In this document: one piece after another, positions 26,716 through 35,543 of the stretch
How positions within the stretch are numbered: the stretch's first letter is position 1
Layout of the letters: every line of letters starts with the position of its first letter
DNA from: Minisyncoccota bacterium
GTDB taxonomy: Bacteria > Patescibacteriota > Minisyncoccia > Phycocordibacterales > UBA2100
Assembly (NCBI GenBank): GCA_035708165.1
Contig: DASSSZ010000001.1
Location: 165,814-229,813 of the forward strand
DNA length: 64,000 nucleotides
Reading direction: 5' to 3'
Program-made: the position numbers and the translations under genes
Notes under the pieces: generated by a model
Database searches by the model: none
What the model was told of the DNA's origin: nothing
What the model saw: only the letters and a program-made list of their open reading frames with translations

Positions 26716-26940
26716 TTAGCGCCCGCTCCCGTGCTGCTGCATGTAGACCTTGGTGTGATGGTGAATCGTCCCATCCGCATCACGGTACTCGCGAGCCTTG
26801 AGATCCGCACCCTGCTCGGTGCGGCGGCCGCGCTGATCGCCCTTCATGCCCTCGTCGCGCCCCTGCGGGCGCTGCTCATTGCGATCGTCACGGTTCTCGC
26901 GGCGCGCGGCATCAGCGTTCCGTTCTCGTTCCTGTGCCAT
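26716..26940 (-). CDS. Small highly charged low-complexity protein (74 aa), questionable
   Basis: R/E/D/Q-rich (MAQERERNADAARRENRDDRNEQRPQGRDEG..). Could be a disordered stress protein or non-coding. Confidence 0.2.
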   Translation of the reverse strand: MAQERERNADAARRENRDDRNEQRPQGRDEGMKGDQRGRRTEQGADLKAREYRDADGTIHHHTKVYMQQHGSGR

Positions 26941-27171
26941 ACGTGTAGTGCGTTGAGCTTGTCTTAACCGCGCCTAGGGATGTCCATGTGTCCATGCCTC
27001 CCTGGCGCGCATCATCAGGATAGGCTTCTCCGGTGAATGACCGGTGAACCGGGACCGGACGAGCATCGGGGCAGCGTTCATGACGCTCCTCTGGGTGTAC
27101 CATGATGATTTCAGCAAGCGAGCGCAGAATATGGCTTCCTGCATGGCGTTCATGTCAGCTTCAGGCCTCGA

Positions 27172-29244
27172 GTGATGTACTGGATGCATCACACCCTCCC
27201 TATGGCAGTAGCAGCAACCGCAGCGCGTTTGAGGATAGCGGGGCCGACGGCACCCGACTGGATCCTGCTCGGGAGCATATTCATCGGCTACTTCGCGGCA
27301 GCATGGGCCTGCCTCGCGATCTACTTCGAATTCGCGACCGGACCGGCGCTCCTCTGGCTGCCGGCGGGCATTGGGTTCGCTGCCGTGCTGTTCCTCGGGT
27401 ATCGCATGGCGATCCCCATCTTCCTCGCCCAGCTCGCCTCGTTCTTCCTCCTCAACCCGTATCATCAGCCGCTGCTCGGGATCGCGCTTTCGCTCGGGTA
27501 TGCGCTCGAGGCGCTCCTCGGCGTATATGCGTTGCGCGCGCTGCACTTCGGCGGCTCGCTCGCGAGCTCGCAGGATGTGCTCATCCTCGTCCTCGTCGCG
27601 CTCGGCGCGACCATGATCGAGCCGGCGCTCTCGACCGCGACGCAAGTGTTCCTCGGCGTGATGACGATCGCCCCAGCCGTGTCCTTCGGGCGCGCATGGG
27701 AAGCCGGCATCTTCAGCGTCCTCCTTATCGTGCCGTTCATCCTCGGCTGGCAGCATGTGAGCGTGGCGGAAGCGCTGCCGGCGCGCCGGCGCGAGCAGCT
27801 CGAGCTCATCGCCGCGTTCGTGGTGCTCGCCGCTGTCGCCATCTTCCTGTTCTGGTCGCCGTACCTGCGCTTCTTCGGCATTTCCGTCATCTTCTTCCTG
27901 CCGGCCGTGCTGGTATGGATCGCGCTGCGAATGCATCCGCGCTGGATGACTGCCGCGATCATGCTCACCTCGATCATCGGGATCGCCGGCACGCTCGTTA
28001 CGCAAGCGCGCACGCAGCCGCTCTCGACGGACCTCCTGACCGACCAGGTCTACATCGGCCTCGTCGCGGCCATCTTCCTGCTCTTCGCCGCGATCGTCGA
28101 GGAACGCCGCGTTGCCTTCCAGCAGCTCGAGGAGAAGCTCCAGGTCACGAGCGCCTCGGACGAGGCGAAGAGCGAATTCATCGCGGTCCTCGCGCATGAG
28201 CTGCGCAATCCGCTGGCGCCGCTCGTGAGCTCGCTCGAGCTGCTCCGGCTCTCGCCGCAGACGCCCGAGGGGTACACCGCCATTGCCAACGCGCAGACGC
28301 AGACGGTCATGATGCGCCGCCTCCTCGACGACCTCCTCGACACTGCGCGCATCGCGCAAGCGAAGCTGCAGCTGCAGAAGGAACCCGTGGATGCGCGCGA
28401 GGCGCTCGAGCAATCCGTCACGAGCGTGCAGGATTACCTGCGCAGCCAAGGGCATACGCTCTCGACGCATATCCCCCAGCAATCGCTCCTCGTGGATGCC
28501 GACCCGGTGCGCCTCAAGCAGATCATCATCAACCTGCTCAATAACGCCTGCAAGTACACCGAGCCGGGCGGCACCATCACACTCTCGTGCGCTGTGGATG
28601 AGACCACGAATATGCTCACGATCACCGTCTCCGATACCGGCATCGGGATCCCCCCGGATGCGCTCGATAGCCTGTTCCAGCCGTTCCGGCAAGGCGCCAT
28701 GCCGCGCACCGACCGCCTCGGCACAGGCCTCGGGATCGGGCTCTACCTCACCCGCCAGCTGGTCGAGCTGCACGGCGGCACGATCGAAGCCTCGAGCGAC
28801 GGGCCGGGGCGCGGCAGCACGTTCACCGTGCACCTCCCCCTGCTCACGCAGGTCCCGATCCGCTACGTCCCCGCGGAAGAGACGCGCTCCGCGAGCGGGA
28901 GCGCCCGGCGCATCATGCTCGTGGACGATAACCAGGCATTCGTGCGCGCTATGCAGCAGCTGCTCTCGCATTACGGGCATGAGACGCATGCAGCGCACTC
29001 CGGCGAGGAGGCGCTGGCCGCGCTGCGCACGTTCAAGCCGGACGTCATCGTGCTCGATATCGGCATGCCTGGAATGAGCGGGCTCGAGGTGGCGTCGCGG
29101 ATCCGGGAATCCGGCTGGCGCGGGACTATCATCGGGCTCTCCGGCTATGGGCAGGAATCGGATCGCGAGCGATCCGCTGCCGCCGGGTTCGATCATCACC
29201 TCGTGAAGCCGGTCGCCGCGCAGGATATCCTCGCGCTCCTGTGA
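27172..29244 (+). CDS. Hybrid sensor histidine kinase: polytopic N-terminal membrane sensor (MASE1-like), HisKA, HATPase_c, C-terminal receiver domain
   Basis: H-box FIAVLAHELRNPL, N/G boxes (LLNNACKYT, DTGIGI, GTGLGIGL), receiver (RIMLVDDN..PDVIVLDIGMPGMSG..K). The 741-aa minus ORF 26974..29199 is its antisense artefact. Confidence 0.85.
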   Translation: MMYWMHHTLPMAVAATAARLRIAGPTAPDWILLGSIFIGYFAAAWACLAIYFEFATGPALLWLPAGIGFAAVLFLGYRMAIPIFLAQLASFFLLNPYHQPLLGIALSLGYALEALLGVYALRALHFGGSLASSQDVLILVLVALGATMIEPALSTATQVFLGVMTIAPAVSFGRAWEAGIFSVLLIVPFILGWQHVSVAEALPARRREQLELIAAFVVLAAVAIFLFWSPYLRFFGISVIFFLPAVLVWIALRMHPRWMTAAIMLTSIIGIAGTLVTQARTQPLSTDLLTDQVYIGLVAAIFLLFAAIVEERRVAFQQLEEKLQVTSASDEAKSEFIAVLAHELRNPLAPLVSSLELLRLSPQTPEGYTAIANAQTQTVMMRRLLDDLLDTARIAQAKLQLQKEPVDAREALEQSVTSVQDYLRSQGHTLSTHIPQQSLLVDADPVRLKQIIINLLNNACKYTEPGGTITLSCAVDETTNMLTITVSDTGIGIPPDALDSLFQPFRQGAMPRTDRLGTGLGIGLYLTRQLVELHGGTIEASSDGPGRGSTFTVHLPLLTQVPIRYVPAEETRSASGSARRIMLVDDNQAFVRAMQQLLSHYGHETHAAHSGEEALAALRTFKPDVIVLDIGMPGMSGLEVASRIRESGWRGTIIGLSGYGQESDRERSAAAGFDHHLVKPVAAQDILALL

Positions 29245-29305
29245 CTACACTTCCGCCTCACGTACCTGCGCTATACTGCCTGCATGCACGAGGTGCGCCT
29301 CGCAG

Positions 29306-29692
29306 TTGCCTTGTATGATCGCACATACCTCACTCCCCGTCACTGATTACGAGCGCGCGAAGGCCTTCTACGCCGCCGTGCTCGCGCCGCTCGGGTACAC
29401 GCTCGCGAAGGAGTACGGCGAGGCTGCGGGCTTCAACGACGGCACGAATACGGACCTCTGGATCGCCAAAGGCGAGCACGGCGTCGTGCCGCTCCATGTC
29501 GCGTTCGAAGCGAAATCCAAGGAGCAAGTGGATGCGTTCCATGCGGCGGCGCTCGCGGCGGGCGGCACGGATAATGGCGCGCCCGGCTACCGGCCGGATT
29601 ACTGGCCGGGCTACTACGCCGCTTTCGCGTACGACCCGGACGGCCACAATCTCGAGGCGGTCTGCTTCGACTATTCGAAGGGTGCCGCGTGA
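29306..29692 (+). CDS. VOC/glyoxalase-family protein
   Basis: 128 aa. beta-alpha-beta-beta-beta pattern with H/E metal ligands (HTSLPVTDYERAKAFY..HVAFEA..). Confidence 0.6.
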   Translation: MPCMIAHTSLPVTDYERAKAFYAAVLAPLGYTLAKEYGEAAGFNDGTNTDLWIAKGEHGVVPLHVAFEAKSKEQVDAFHAAALAAGGTDNGAPGYRPDYWPGYYAAFAYDPDGHNLEAVCFDYSKGAA

Positions 29693-29708
29693 ATGCCCTT
29701 TCGTTGCA

Positions 29709-29960
29709 TCACGACTCGCCGTGAGCTTCGCCCTCGCGCGTCTCGTCGGGGACTTCGCCGATCGTGAGGCCTGCTGCCCGGATCTCCTGGCCGATGCCCG
29801 CAGTGATGCCGGGTACGCGCGCCATGAGGTCCGTCCAGTCTTCGAACGCGCCGTTCATGTCGCGCTCGCGCGTGATCGCATCCGCCGTATCCGGCCCGAC
29901 ATCGGTGATGCCGAGGTCCGTGATCTAATCCGCCGAGACCTTGTTGAGATCGAGCGTCAT
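29709..29960 (-). pseudogene. ComEA-like helix-hairpin-helix DNA-binding protein gene interrupted by an in-frame TAG (codon 12) - candidate pseudogene
   Basis: My translation: MTLDLNKVSAD*ITDLGITDVGPDTADAITRERDMNGAFEDWTDLMARVPGITAGIGQEIRAAGLTIGEVPDETREGEAHGES. It matches the ComEA consensus DLNxASAEEL..LPGIGP..A..II.YRE.NG.F.S.EDL..V.GIG.K. The stop sits where E/Q normally occurs. Confidence 0.5.
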
Positions 29961-30075
29961 GCGCGTATCGTCGCATCCCTGGATGAGCGCTCGATGAATC
30001 GCGTCCTCTCCCACTCACGTGCCCTTCAGCCCGTTGCGTCATGCTGGAGGCAGTGCAGGACGCGAGGAGACCAGT

Positions 30076-30261
30076 ATGCCTGACTCTGAGGAACTGAAAC
30101 GGAAAGCCGAAGAAGCGAAAGCCGAAGGCGAGAAGGCGAACGAGAAAGCCGAGAAGCTCGACGATGCCGCGAAGAAGGCCGCGGAGGCCGAAGCGGAGGA
30201 GCGCGAAGCTGAGGGCGGCGAAGAGGAGGAAGGCGGGCTGCTAGGCGGCCTTCTCCCCTGA
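30076..30261 (+). CDS. Small acidic K/E/A-rich coiled-coil protein (61 aa)
   Basis: MPDSEELKRKAEEAKAEGEKANEKAEKLDDAAKKAAEAEAEEREAEGGEEEEGGLLGGLLP. GGAGGAG lies 6 nt upstream of the ATG at 30076. The track ORF starts earlier at 30019. Confidence 0.45.
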   Translation: MPDSEELKRKAEEAKAEGEKANEKAEKLDDAAKKAAEAEAEEREAEGGEEEEGGLLGGLLP

Positions 30262-30348
30262 CGCGCGCATGCGGCCGGCGATTCGCCGGCCGCGATCATG
30301 CGCGCCTTCCTCCTTGCTTCATGACGAGCAGGCTAGCATCGGTCGCAC

Positions 30349-31314
30349 ATGATCAGATGGGCTGAACGGCATCAGCTGCTCGCGCTCGGGGCCGTCGCGG
30401 GCGGGCTTTTCTTCCTGTGGATCCTGCGCGATATCTGGGCCATCCTGTTCGTCGGGTTCATCATCGCCGCGGCGCTCCGTCCGCTCATCGACATCCTCGA
30501 CCGTTTCCTGCCGCGCGCGGCCGCTATCCTCGCGACCTATCTCGCGCTGCTCGCACTCATCTTCGGGATGATCGTGCCCGCGGCGATCCCGTTCATCGGG
30601 CAGCTGGGGCAGCTCGGCTCCCGCCTGCAGCAGACCATGCAGCACCTCGCAGGGCCGGGCACGCCGCTCGCGAGCCTCGGCCTCTCGCTCGATACCGTGA
30701 CAGGCTACCTGCAGCAGAATTTCCTCGATCTCACCACCACGACCATCACCGCGATCGCGAGCGTCGTCTCGGCCATCATCATCAGCATCTATCTCCTGTA
30801 CGACTGGCATGAGCGGCAAGAGCGCCTCGCGGGCGGCGAGAGGCCGCGGCAGATGCTCGCCGAGGGGATCGCGGCATCCGAGCGGGCGCTCGGCAACTGG
30901 GTGCGCGGCGAGCTGGTGCTCGGCGCCGCGGTGGGCGTGCTTTCCCTGATCGCGCTCATCATCCTCGGGATCCCCTTCGCGCCCGTGCTCGCCATGCTCG
31001 CAGCGATCCTCGAGCTCATCCCGTACGCCGGGCCGATCCTCGCCGCCATTCCGGCCGTCATACTCGCTGCGAGCGATTCGACCACGGCCGCGCTCATCGT
31101 GGGGCTCGCCTACCTCATCATCCAGCAGATCGAGAATCACGTGCTCGTGCCGCTCGTGATGAAGCATGCGATCGAGCTGCATCCGGTCACGATCATCGTC
31201 GTGCTCTTCATCGGGTTCGAGCTCATGGGGATCGCGGGCGCGTTCCTGGCCGTCCCGGCGGCCCTGCTCATCCAGGCGGCGTACCGCACGCTCGCCCGTC
31301 ATGGCGCGCTGTAG
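30349..31314 (+). CDS. AI-2E family transporter (PerM/YdiK/TqsA-like, UPF0118)
   Basis: 8 predicted TM segments with typical AI-2E blocks (IFVGFIIAAALRP..; IPYAGPILAAIPAVILAA). Confidence 0.7.
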   Translation: MIRWAERHQLLALGAVAGGLFFLWILRDIWAILFVGFIIAAALRPLIDILDRFLPRAAAILATYLALLALIFGMIVPAAIPFIGQLGQLGSRLQQTMQHLAGPGTPLASLGLSLDTVTGYLQQNFLDLTTTTITAIASVVSAIIISIYLLYDWHERQERLAGGERPRQMLAEGIAASERALGNWVRGELVLGAAVGVLSLIALIILGIPFAPVLAMLAAILELIPYAGPILAAIPAVILAASDSTTAALIVGLAYLIIQQIENHVLVPLVMKHAIELHPVTIIVVLFIGFELMGIAGAFLAVPAALLIQAAYRTLARHGAL

Positions 31315-31433
31315 CGCCGCCGGTCGTGTTCATCTGACGTTCAGCGCGAACTGTCATGCTTACCTATGTCTGCGTGCGCAGTGGCGTTGCTGCAGGCAGG
31401 TCGAGTTACCAGACTCTCAGCAAGAAATTGCGT

Positions 31434-31631
31434 ATGTGGCAGCAATGGATCAATGTGCTCCTCGGGCTCTGGGTTATCGCCGTGCCCTTCCTCGGCATGA
31501 CCGCTGGCGCCCTGACCTGGTCGCTCGTCATCTCCGGCCTGGTCATCGCAGGCCTTGGCCTCTGGGGCGCCCAGGAAACGACGGAGGAACGTCGGAGTGG
31601 CGCCATGATGCAGCGTCGCGCGCAGCAATAG
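31434..31631 (+). CDS. Small two-TM membrane protein (possibly SPW-repeat-like)
   Basis: MWQQWINVLLGLWVIAVPFLG...LVISGLVIAGLGLWGAQETTEE. Confidence 0.35.
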   Translation: MWQQWINVLLGLWVIAVPFLGMTAGALTWSLVISGLVIAGLGLWGAQETTEERRSGAMMQRRAQQ

Positions 31632-31747
31632 GCGCCTGACGCCCCGCGAAGCGGCCCGCACTGCGGGCCGCTTCGCTTTTGCGCCGGGATCCTGTCCTGA
31701 GGGCGAGCAGAAAGAAGAGCGCCGCGGCAAGCCGCGGCGCTCAGGTA

Positions 31748-33175
31748 TCAGCGATTCTTTGCGATCACTTCGAATGCGTGCTCGCGCGCGAGGAAGCGCA
31801 CGAGCCCGGCCAGCGCCGCGTACCCCTCCACGAACGCGAAGCAGCACGACAGCGGGACGAGCAGGAGCGCGAGCGGAAGGTACGCGCCGCGCCGCGCCGA
31901 GACGAGGAGGTTGACCTTCAGCCCTTCGAGGTACTGGAACAGCGAGTACGCGAGGTTGAGGGCCCACGGCACGATCCACCACCATGCGACCGGCGATGTG
32001 CTGCCGTTGCCGAACATCCATGCGAGCATGAGCGCCACGGCGACCGATTGGAACGGCCCCATGACCCAGCAGAGCATCATCCAGGCGAGCGGGATACGCG
32101 CGCGCAGGGCGATGCCATCGCCTTTCAGCACGAGCCCGAAGAGGCCCGCCGCCCAGCGCCGCCGCTGGCACACCAGGTCCCTGATGCACGCCGGCGACGC
32201 CCCATAGGAGAAGGACGCGAGCGTGCAGGAGCGCCCGGGGTACCGGCACGCGAAGAGGAGCGCGAAGCGCGCATCTTCGACGAGCGTATCCGCATCCCAG
32301 CCGATAGCATCCTCGATATCGGCGCGCACCAGGAGGTGCTCGCCATGCAGCCCGCCGAGCGGCAGCCCGAGCTCGCCGGTGAAGAAGCCGCAGCGGGTGA
32401 TGTCGTCGCCTGGCCGGATCGAGTCTGCGAGCCGGCAGAAGAGCGACGGCGAGAGCTCGTGCGGGAACGTGAGGACGCCCTGCGCGAGGTAGTAGCGGTC
32501 CGCCTTGGTCCGTACGAACTCGGCGATCGAGCGCACGGTATCGGAGCCGACGTGCGTATCGTCATCGAGGTGGTAGACGAAGCAGCCAGCATGATCCTCC
32601 CCGGAACGCCGTCTCGCCTCGAGCGCGTACTGATTAGCGCGCGCCTTATGGCGCGCGCCGCTGAGCGGGCGATACCCGGCAGGAATAACGAGCAGGCGCA
32701 CGCGCCGCTTTAGCTGCCGGCGCGCGAGATGCGCGCGCAGCGCCGCTGCGGCAGGCGCGTCTTCCTCGATAAGGAGGTCGATGCGCCAGTCATCAAGCGC
32801 CGCCGGCGCATGCCGGATGATCGAATCGATCACCCGGCGGAGCGCAGGCAGCGTGTCTTCCCGGCAGACCGTGGGAATGACGAAGATCACGCGCGCGTCC
32901 GTGCGGCCTGCGTAGGCCGAGCGGGCCAGCGTGCCGTTCCCCCGGCGGATGAGCCGGTAGAGGCCGGTCAGCGCGAAGGGCAGGTAGAGCGACCACGCGA
33001 TCGTAAGATACCAATTGAGCACGCCGCCTTGCGGCGCCGCGATCAGCGCATACGCCGCGAGGATGCCGCCGAAGAGCACGGCGAACTTGGCGGGCGAGAG
33101 CGTGATGGCCGCTTGCCCCGGCGCCTCGGCCGGACGCACGCCCTCATCCGCACGCGAGCCTTCCGCATAGGCCAC
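31748..33175 (-). CDS. Processive family-2 glycosyltransferase (cellulose/chitin/hyaluronan-synthase-like membrane synthase)
   Basis: D..DxD (YHLDDDTHV), ED, and QRRRW (QxxRW) motifs in order, plus flanking TM helices. Confidence 0.65.
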   Translation of the reverse strand: MAYAEGSRADEGVRPAEAPGQAAITLSPAKFAVLFGGILAAYALIAAPQGGVLNWYLTIAWSLYLPFALTGLYRLIRRGNGTLARSAYAGRTDARVIFVIPTVCREDTLPALRRVIDSIIRHAPAALDDWRIDLLIEEDAPAAAALRAHLARRQLKRRVRLLVIPAGYRPLSGARHKARANQYALEARRRSGEDHAGCFVYHLDDDTHVGSDTVRSIAEFVRTKADRYYLAQGVLTFPHELSPSLFCRLADSIRPGDDITRCGFFTGELGLPLGGLHGEHLLVRADIEDAIGWDADTLVEDARFALLFACRYPGRSCTLASFSYGASPACIRDLVCQRRRWAAGLFGLVLKGDGIALRARIPLAWMMLCWVMGPFQSVAVALMLAWMFGNGSTSPVAWWWIVPWALNLAYSLFQYLEGLKVNLLVSARRGAYLPLALLLVPLSCCFAFVEGYAALAGLVRFLAREHAFEVIAKNR

Positions 33176-33347
33176 GGGAGCCTCCTTTCACTATTCAGAA
33201 ATGAATGAACAGCGTGCGATGCACGCCTATCGTATGAGGATACGCAGCATGCCTGAAGGGCTCATGATGGCGCGCAAAGGACGAGGCCGCTGCTCTCCGG
33301 CAGCGGTTCCGTCCTTTGCGCGGCACGCGCCCGGACGCAGTCCTCCC

Positions 33348-34664
33348 CTACTTCGCGGGGATGCAGGCGAAGACGCCGTCCGGCGTATCCGCGCAGGCGC
33401 CGGCGATCGTCGTCGAAGGCGTGGCGAAGGTGCATGCGGAGCCGGCGCTCTCGCCGACGCACGCGCCGATCGCTGCTGCAGGGGGTTCCTGCTTCGCGCC
33501 AGATCCGCCGGTGCTGTCCATTCCTGCCTCGGGCGTCGCGCTCCCCTGCTGCCCTGCCGCGCCGGGCTCCGGCTCGTATGACTTCCCGTGGAAGCACGCG
33601 ACCGAGTACGGGAAGTCCTGCGTGAGGACGTAGTGGTAGATGGTTGTCGTCGCGCCGTCGAGCATGACGGGGCTGGTGATGCCGTGGCATTCGTCGAGAT
33701 CGCTGCTGGCGAGATAGGTCCCGTCCGGCAGCCTGCCGCCCGTGATCGGGTAGCCGTCGAACGCGAAGCCGACGACCTGCGAGACCGGATCCGCCTGGTA
33801 GCTCCCTTCGAAGCCGTGATAGTGATAGACCCCGCCCTCGTCCGGGTGCGCCTGCCATTCATCCTGCGTCTCGTGCGCGACGGCATCGCGGTACTCCGCG
33901 TCGAAGCCGTCGAAGAGCGCGACGCCATCATTCATGATGCCGACCTCGCCGAAGATGCACCCGGGCGCGGCGAGCGCCGTCGGAGCCGCCGGCAGCGAGA
34001 AATCGTACGCCTGCGGGGTGATCGTGTTCGGATTCGCATCGAACTGGTGCGCCGGGTCGCTCGCGGCGATCGGGAAGACGCCGGTCGCATGATCGGTTGG
34101 CAGCCCGTTGGCGACGATCTCGCGCGTCGAGCCCTCGATCGTCATCGAGTAGCTCGCCGCGGGCCATGCGACCGCGCCGGCGACCGCGACCTTCTCGGAA
34201 GGCGAGCAGGTCGTGCCGTGGATCCAGGTCGGATCGCCCTTCGCGCCCTCGCCCCCTTTTGCGACATGGCAGACGAAGATGTATCCCTTCTTCGGCGCGT
34301 CAGTGACGTACTTGCCGTCGCCGAGCGGCAGCGTATCCTGCCACGCTGAGCCGCTCGCCGGAAGCGATGACGCCGCGGCCGCGGGAGCCGCGCTCGACGA
34401 TTGAGCCGGGGCGCTCGAGGCCTCCTGCGTCGCAACGGGCGCAGGCGCGTGCGGCTTCTGCGGCACAGGCGCGGATGCCACCGCTGCTGCCCCCTTCCCG
34501 CCGTCCTGATCGCTTTCTCCATGCGCCACGAGGGCCTGTGCGGGCGCCTGCGGCGCGCCGAGAGGCGCGACGGGCGCCGTTGGCAGCGGGTGCGATACGA
34601 ACGCCATGCTGAGCGCGCTGAAGAGTCCCGCGAAGAAACCGGCCAGTGATGAGAATGGGTTCAT
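33348..34664 (-). CDS. Secreted YHYH-motif protein with Ala/Pro/Ser-rich N-terminal linker
   Basis: N-terminal hydrophobic anchor, long low-complexity region, then GGVYHYHGFEGSY and multiple Cys. Confidence 0.55.
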   Translation of the reverse strand: MNPFSSLAGFFAGLFSALSMAFVSHPLPTAPVAPLGAPQAPAQALVAHGESDQDGGKGAAAVASAPVPQKPHAPAPVATQEASSAPAQSSSAAPAAAASSLPASGSAWQDTLPLGDGKYVTDAPKKGYIFVCHVAKGGEGAKGDPTWIHGTTCSPSEKVAVAGAVAWPAASYSMTIEGSTREIVANGLPTDHATGVFPIAASDPAHQFDANPNTITPQAYDFSLPAAPTALAAPGCIFGEVGIMNDGVALFDGFDAEYRDAVAHETQDEWQAHPDEGGVYHYHGFEGSYQADPVSQVVGFAFDGYPITGGRLPDGTYLASSDLDECHGITSPVMLDGATTTIYHYVLTQDFPYSVACFHGKSYEPEPGAAGQQGSATPEAGMDSTGGSGAKQEPPAAAIGACVGESAGSACTFATPSTTIAGACADTPDGVFACIPAK

Positions 34665-34794
34665 GATGCCCTCATGGTATCACGGGTATTCTTCGCGCCA
34701 GTGCAAACGCAGCGGCTCTGCGCGTAAGCAAGCGCGAGCCGGGGCGTCTGCTCAATGGGAGGTCGAACTACCAGCATTTAGCACTATTACTCTC

Positions 34795-35460
34795 ATGGTA
34801 CAGACTCGCACCATTATTCCCGCGGCGCTCATAGGTGCCGCGACCATCATCGCAGCGATGCCGCTTCTCGCGGATGCCGCGATCACGTCTACGCTCTCCG
34901 TCGGGAGCTCGGGCGGCCAGGTGACGGAGCTCCAGCAGTTCCTCGCGCAGGATCCATCCGTCTATCCTGAAGGCCTGGTGACCGGCTACTACGGCTCGCT
35001 TACGGAAGCAGCCGTGGAGAAGTACCAGTGCAAGGTCGGCATCGTCTGCTCCGGCTCGCCTTCGACCACCGGCTACGGCCAGGTCGGCCCGAGGACGGCT
35101 GCATCCGTCAACGCACGCACCGGTGGTGCCGGCACAGGCACGGGCGGCACGCCGACGACAGGCGACGTCTACGCGCCGATCATGTCCGGCGTGACGATCG
35201 CGACCTCGACGAGCAGCACGACCGCTACGTTCACTTGGACGACCAATGAGGCAGCGCGCAGCAGCGTCCTCTACGGCAGCGCGTGGCCGTTCCTCTACGC
35301 GAGCGCGCCGTCTGCATCCGACACGAACTACGACACGATGCAGACGGTCACCCTGACCGGGCTCTCGCCGCATACGACCTACTGGTTCGTCCGCCAGTCC
35401 ACGGATGCCAACGGCAACGTCATGCTGACGCTCGGGATGCCGTTCACGACCGGCTCCTGA
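34795..35460 (+). CDS. Secreted protein with peptidoglycan-binding domain (PG_binding_1) and FN3-like domain (start MVQTRTIIPAAL)
   Basis: VGSSGGQVTELQQFLAQDPSVYPEGLVTGYYGSLTEAAVEKYQ is PGB-1-like. C-terminal beta-sandwich (TATFTWTTNEAARSSVLYG..TTYWF). Confidence 0.55.
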   Translation: MVQTRTIIPAALIGAATIIAAMPLLADAAITSTLSVGSSGGQVTELQQFLAQDPSVYPEGLVTGYYGSLTEAAVEKYQCKVGIVCSGSPSTTGYGQVGPRTAASVNARTGGAGTGTGGTPTTGDVYAPIMSGVTIATSTSSTTATFTWTTNEAARSSVLYGSAWPFLYASAPSASDTNYDTMQTVTLTGLSPHTTYWFVRQSTDANGNVMLTLGMPFTTGS

Positions 35461-35543
35461 TCGCCGCACCCGTTCCTGCCTGGAAGCCCCGCGCATGCGG
35501 GGCTTCCGCATGCGCGGGACCGCATGCGGTATACTGGACCTCT

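Noticed and set aside
26974-29199. 741-aa minus-strand ORF, the longest in this region of the track
   Set aside because: It is antisense to the well-supported hybrid histidine kinase (27172..29244, with clear H, N and G boxes and a receiver domain). Its own sequence is Arg/Glu/Asp-rich with no motifs, the typical antisense artefact of stop-poor GC-rich DNA.
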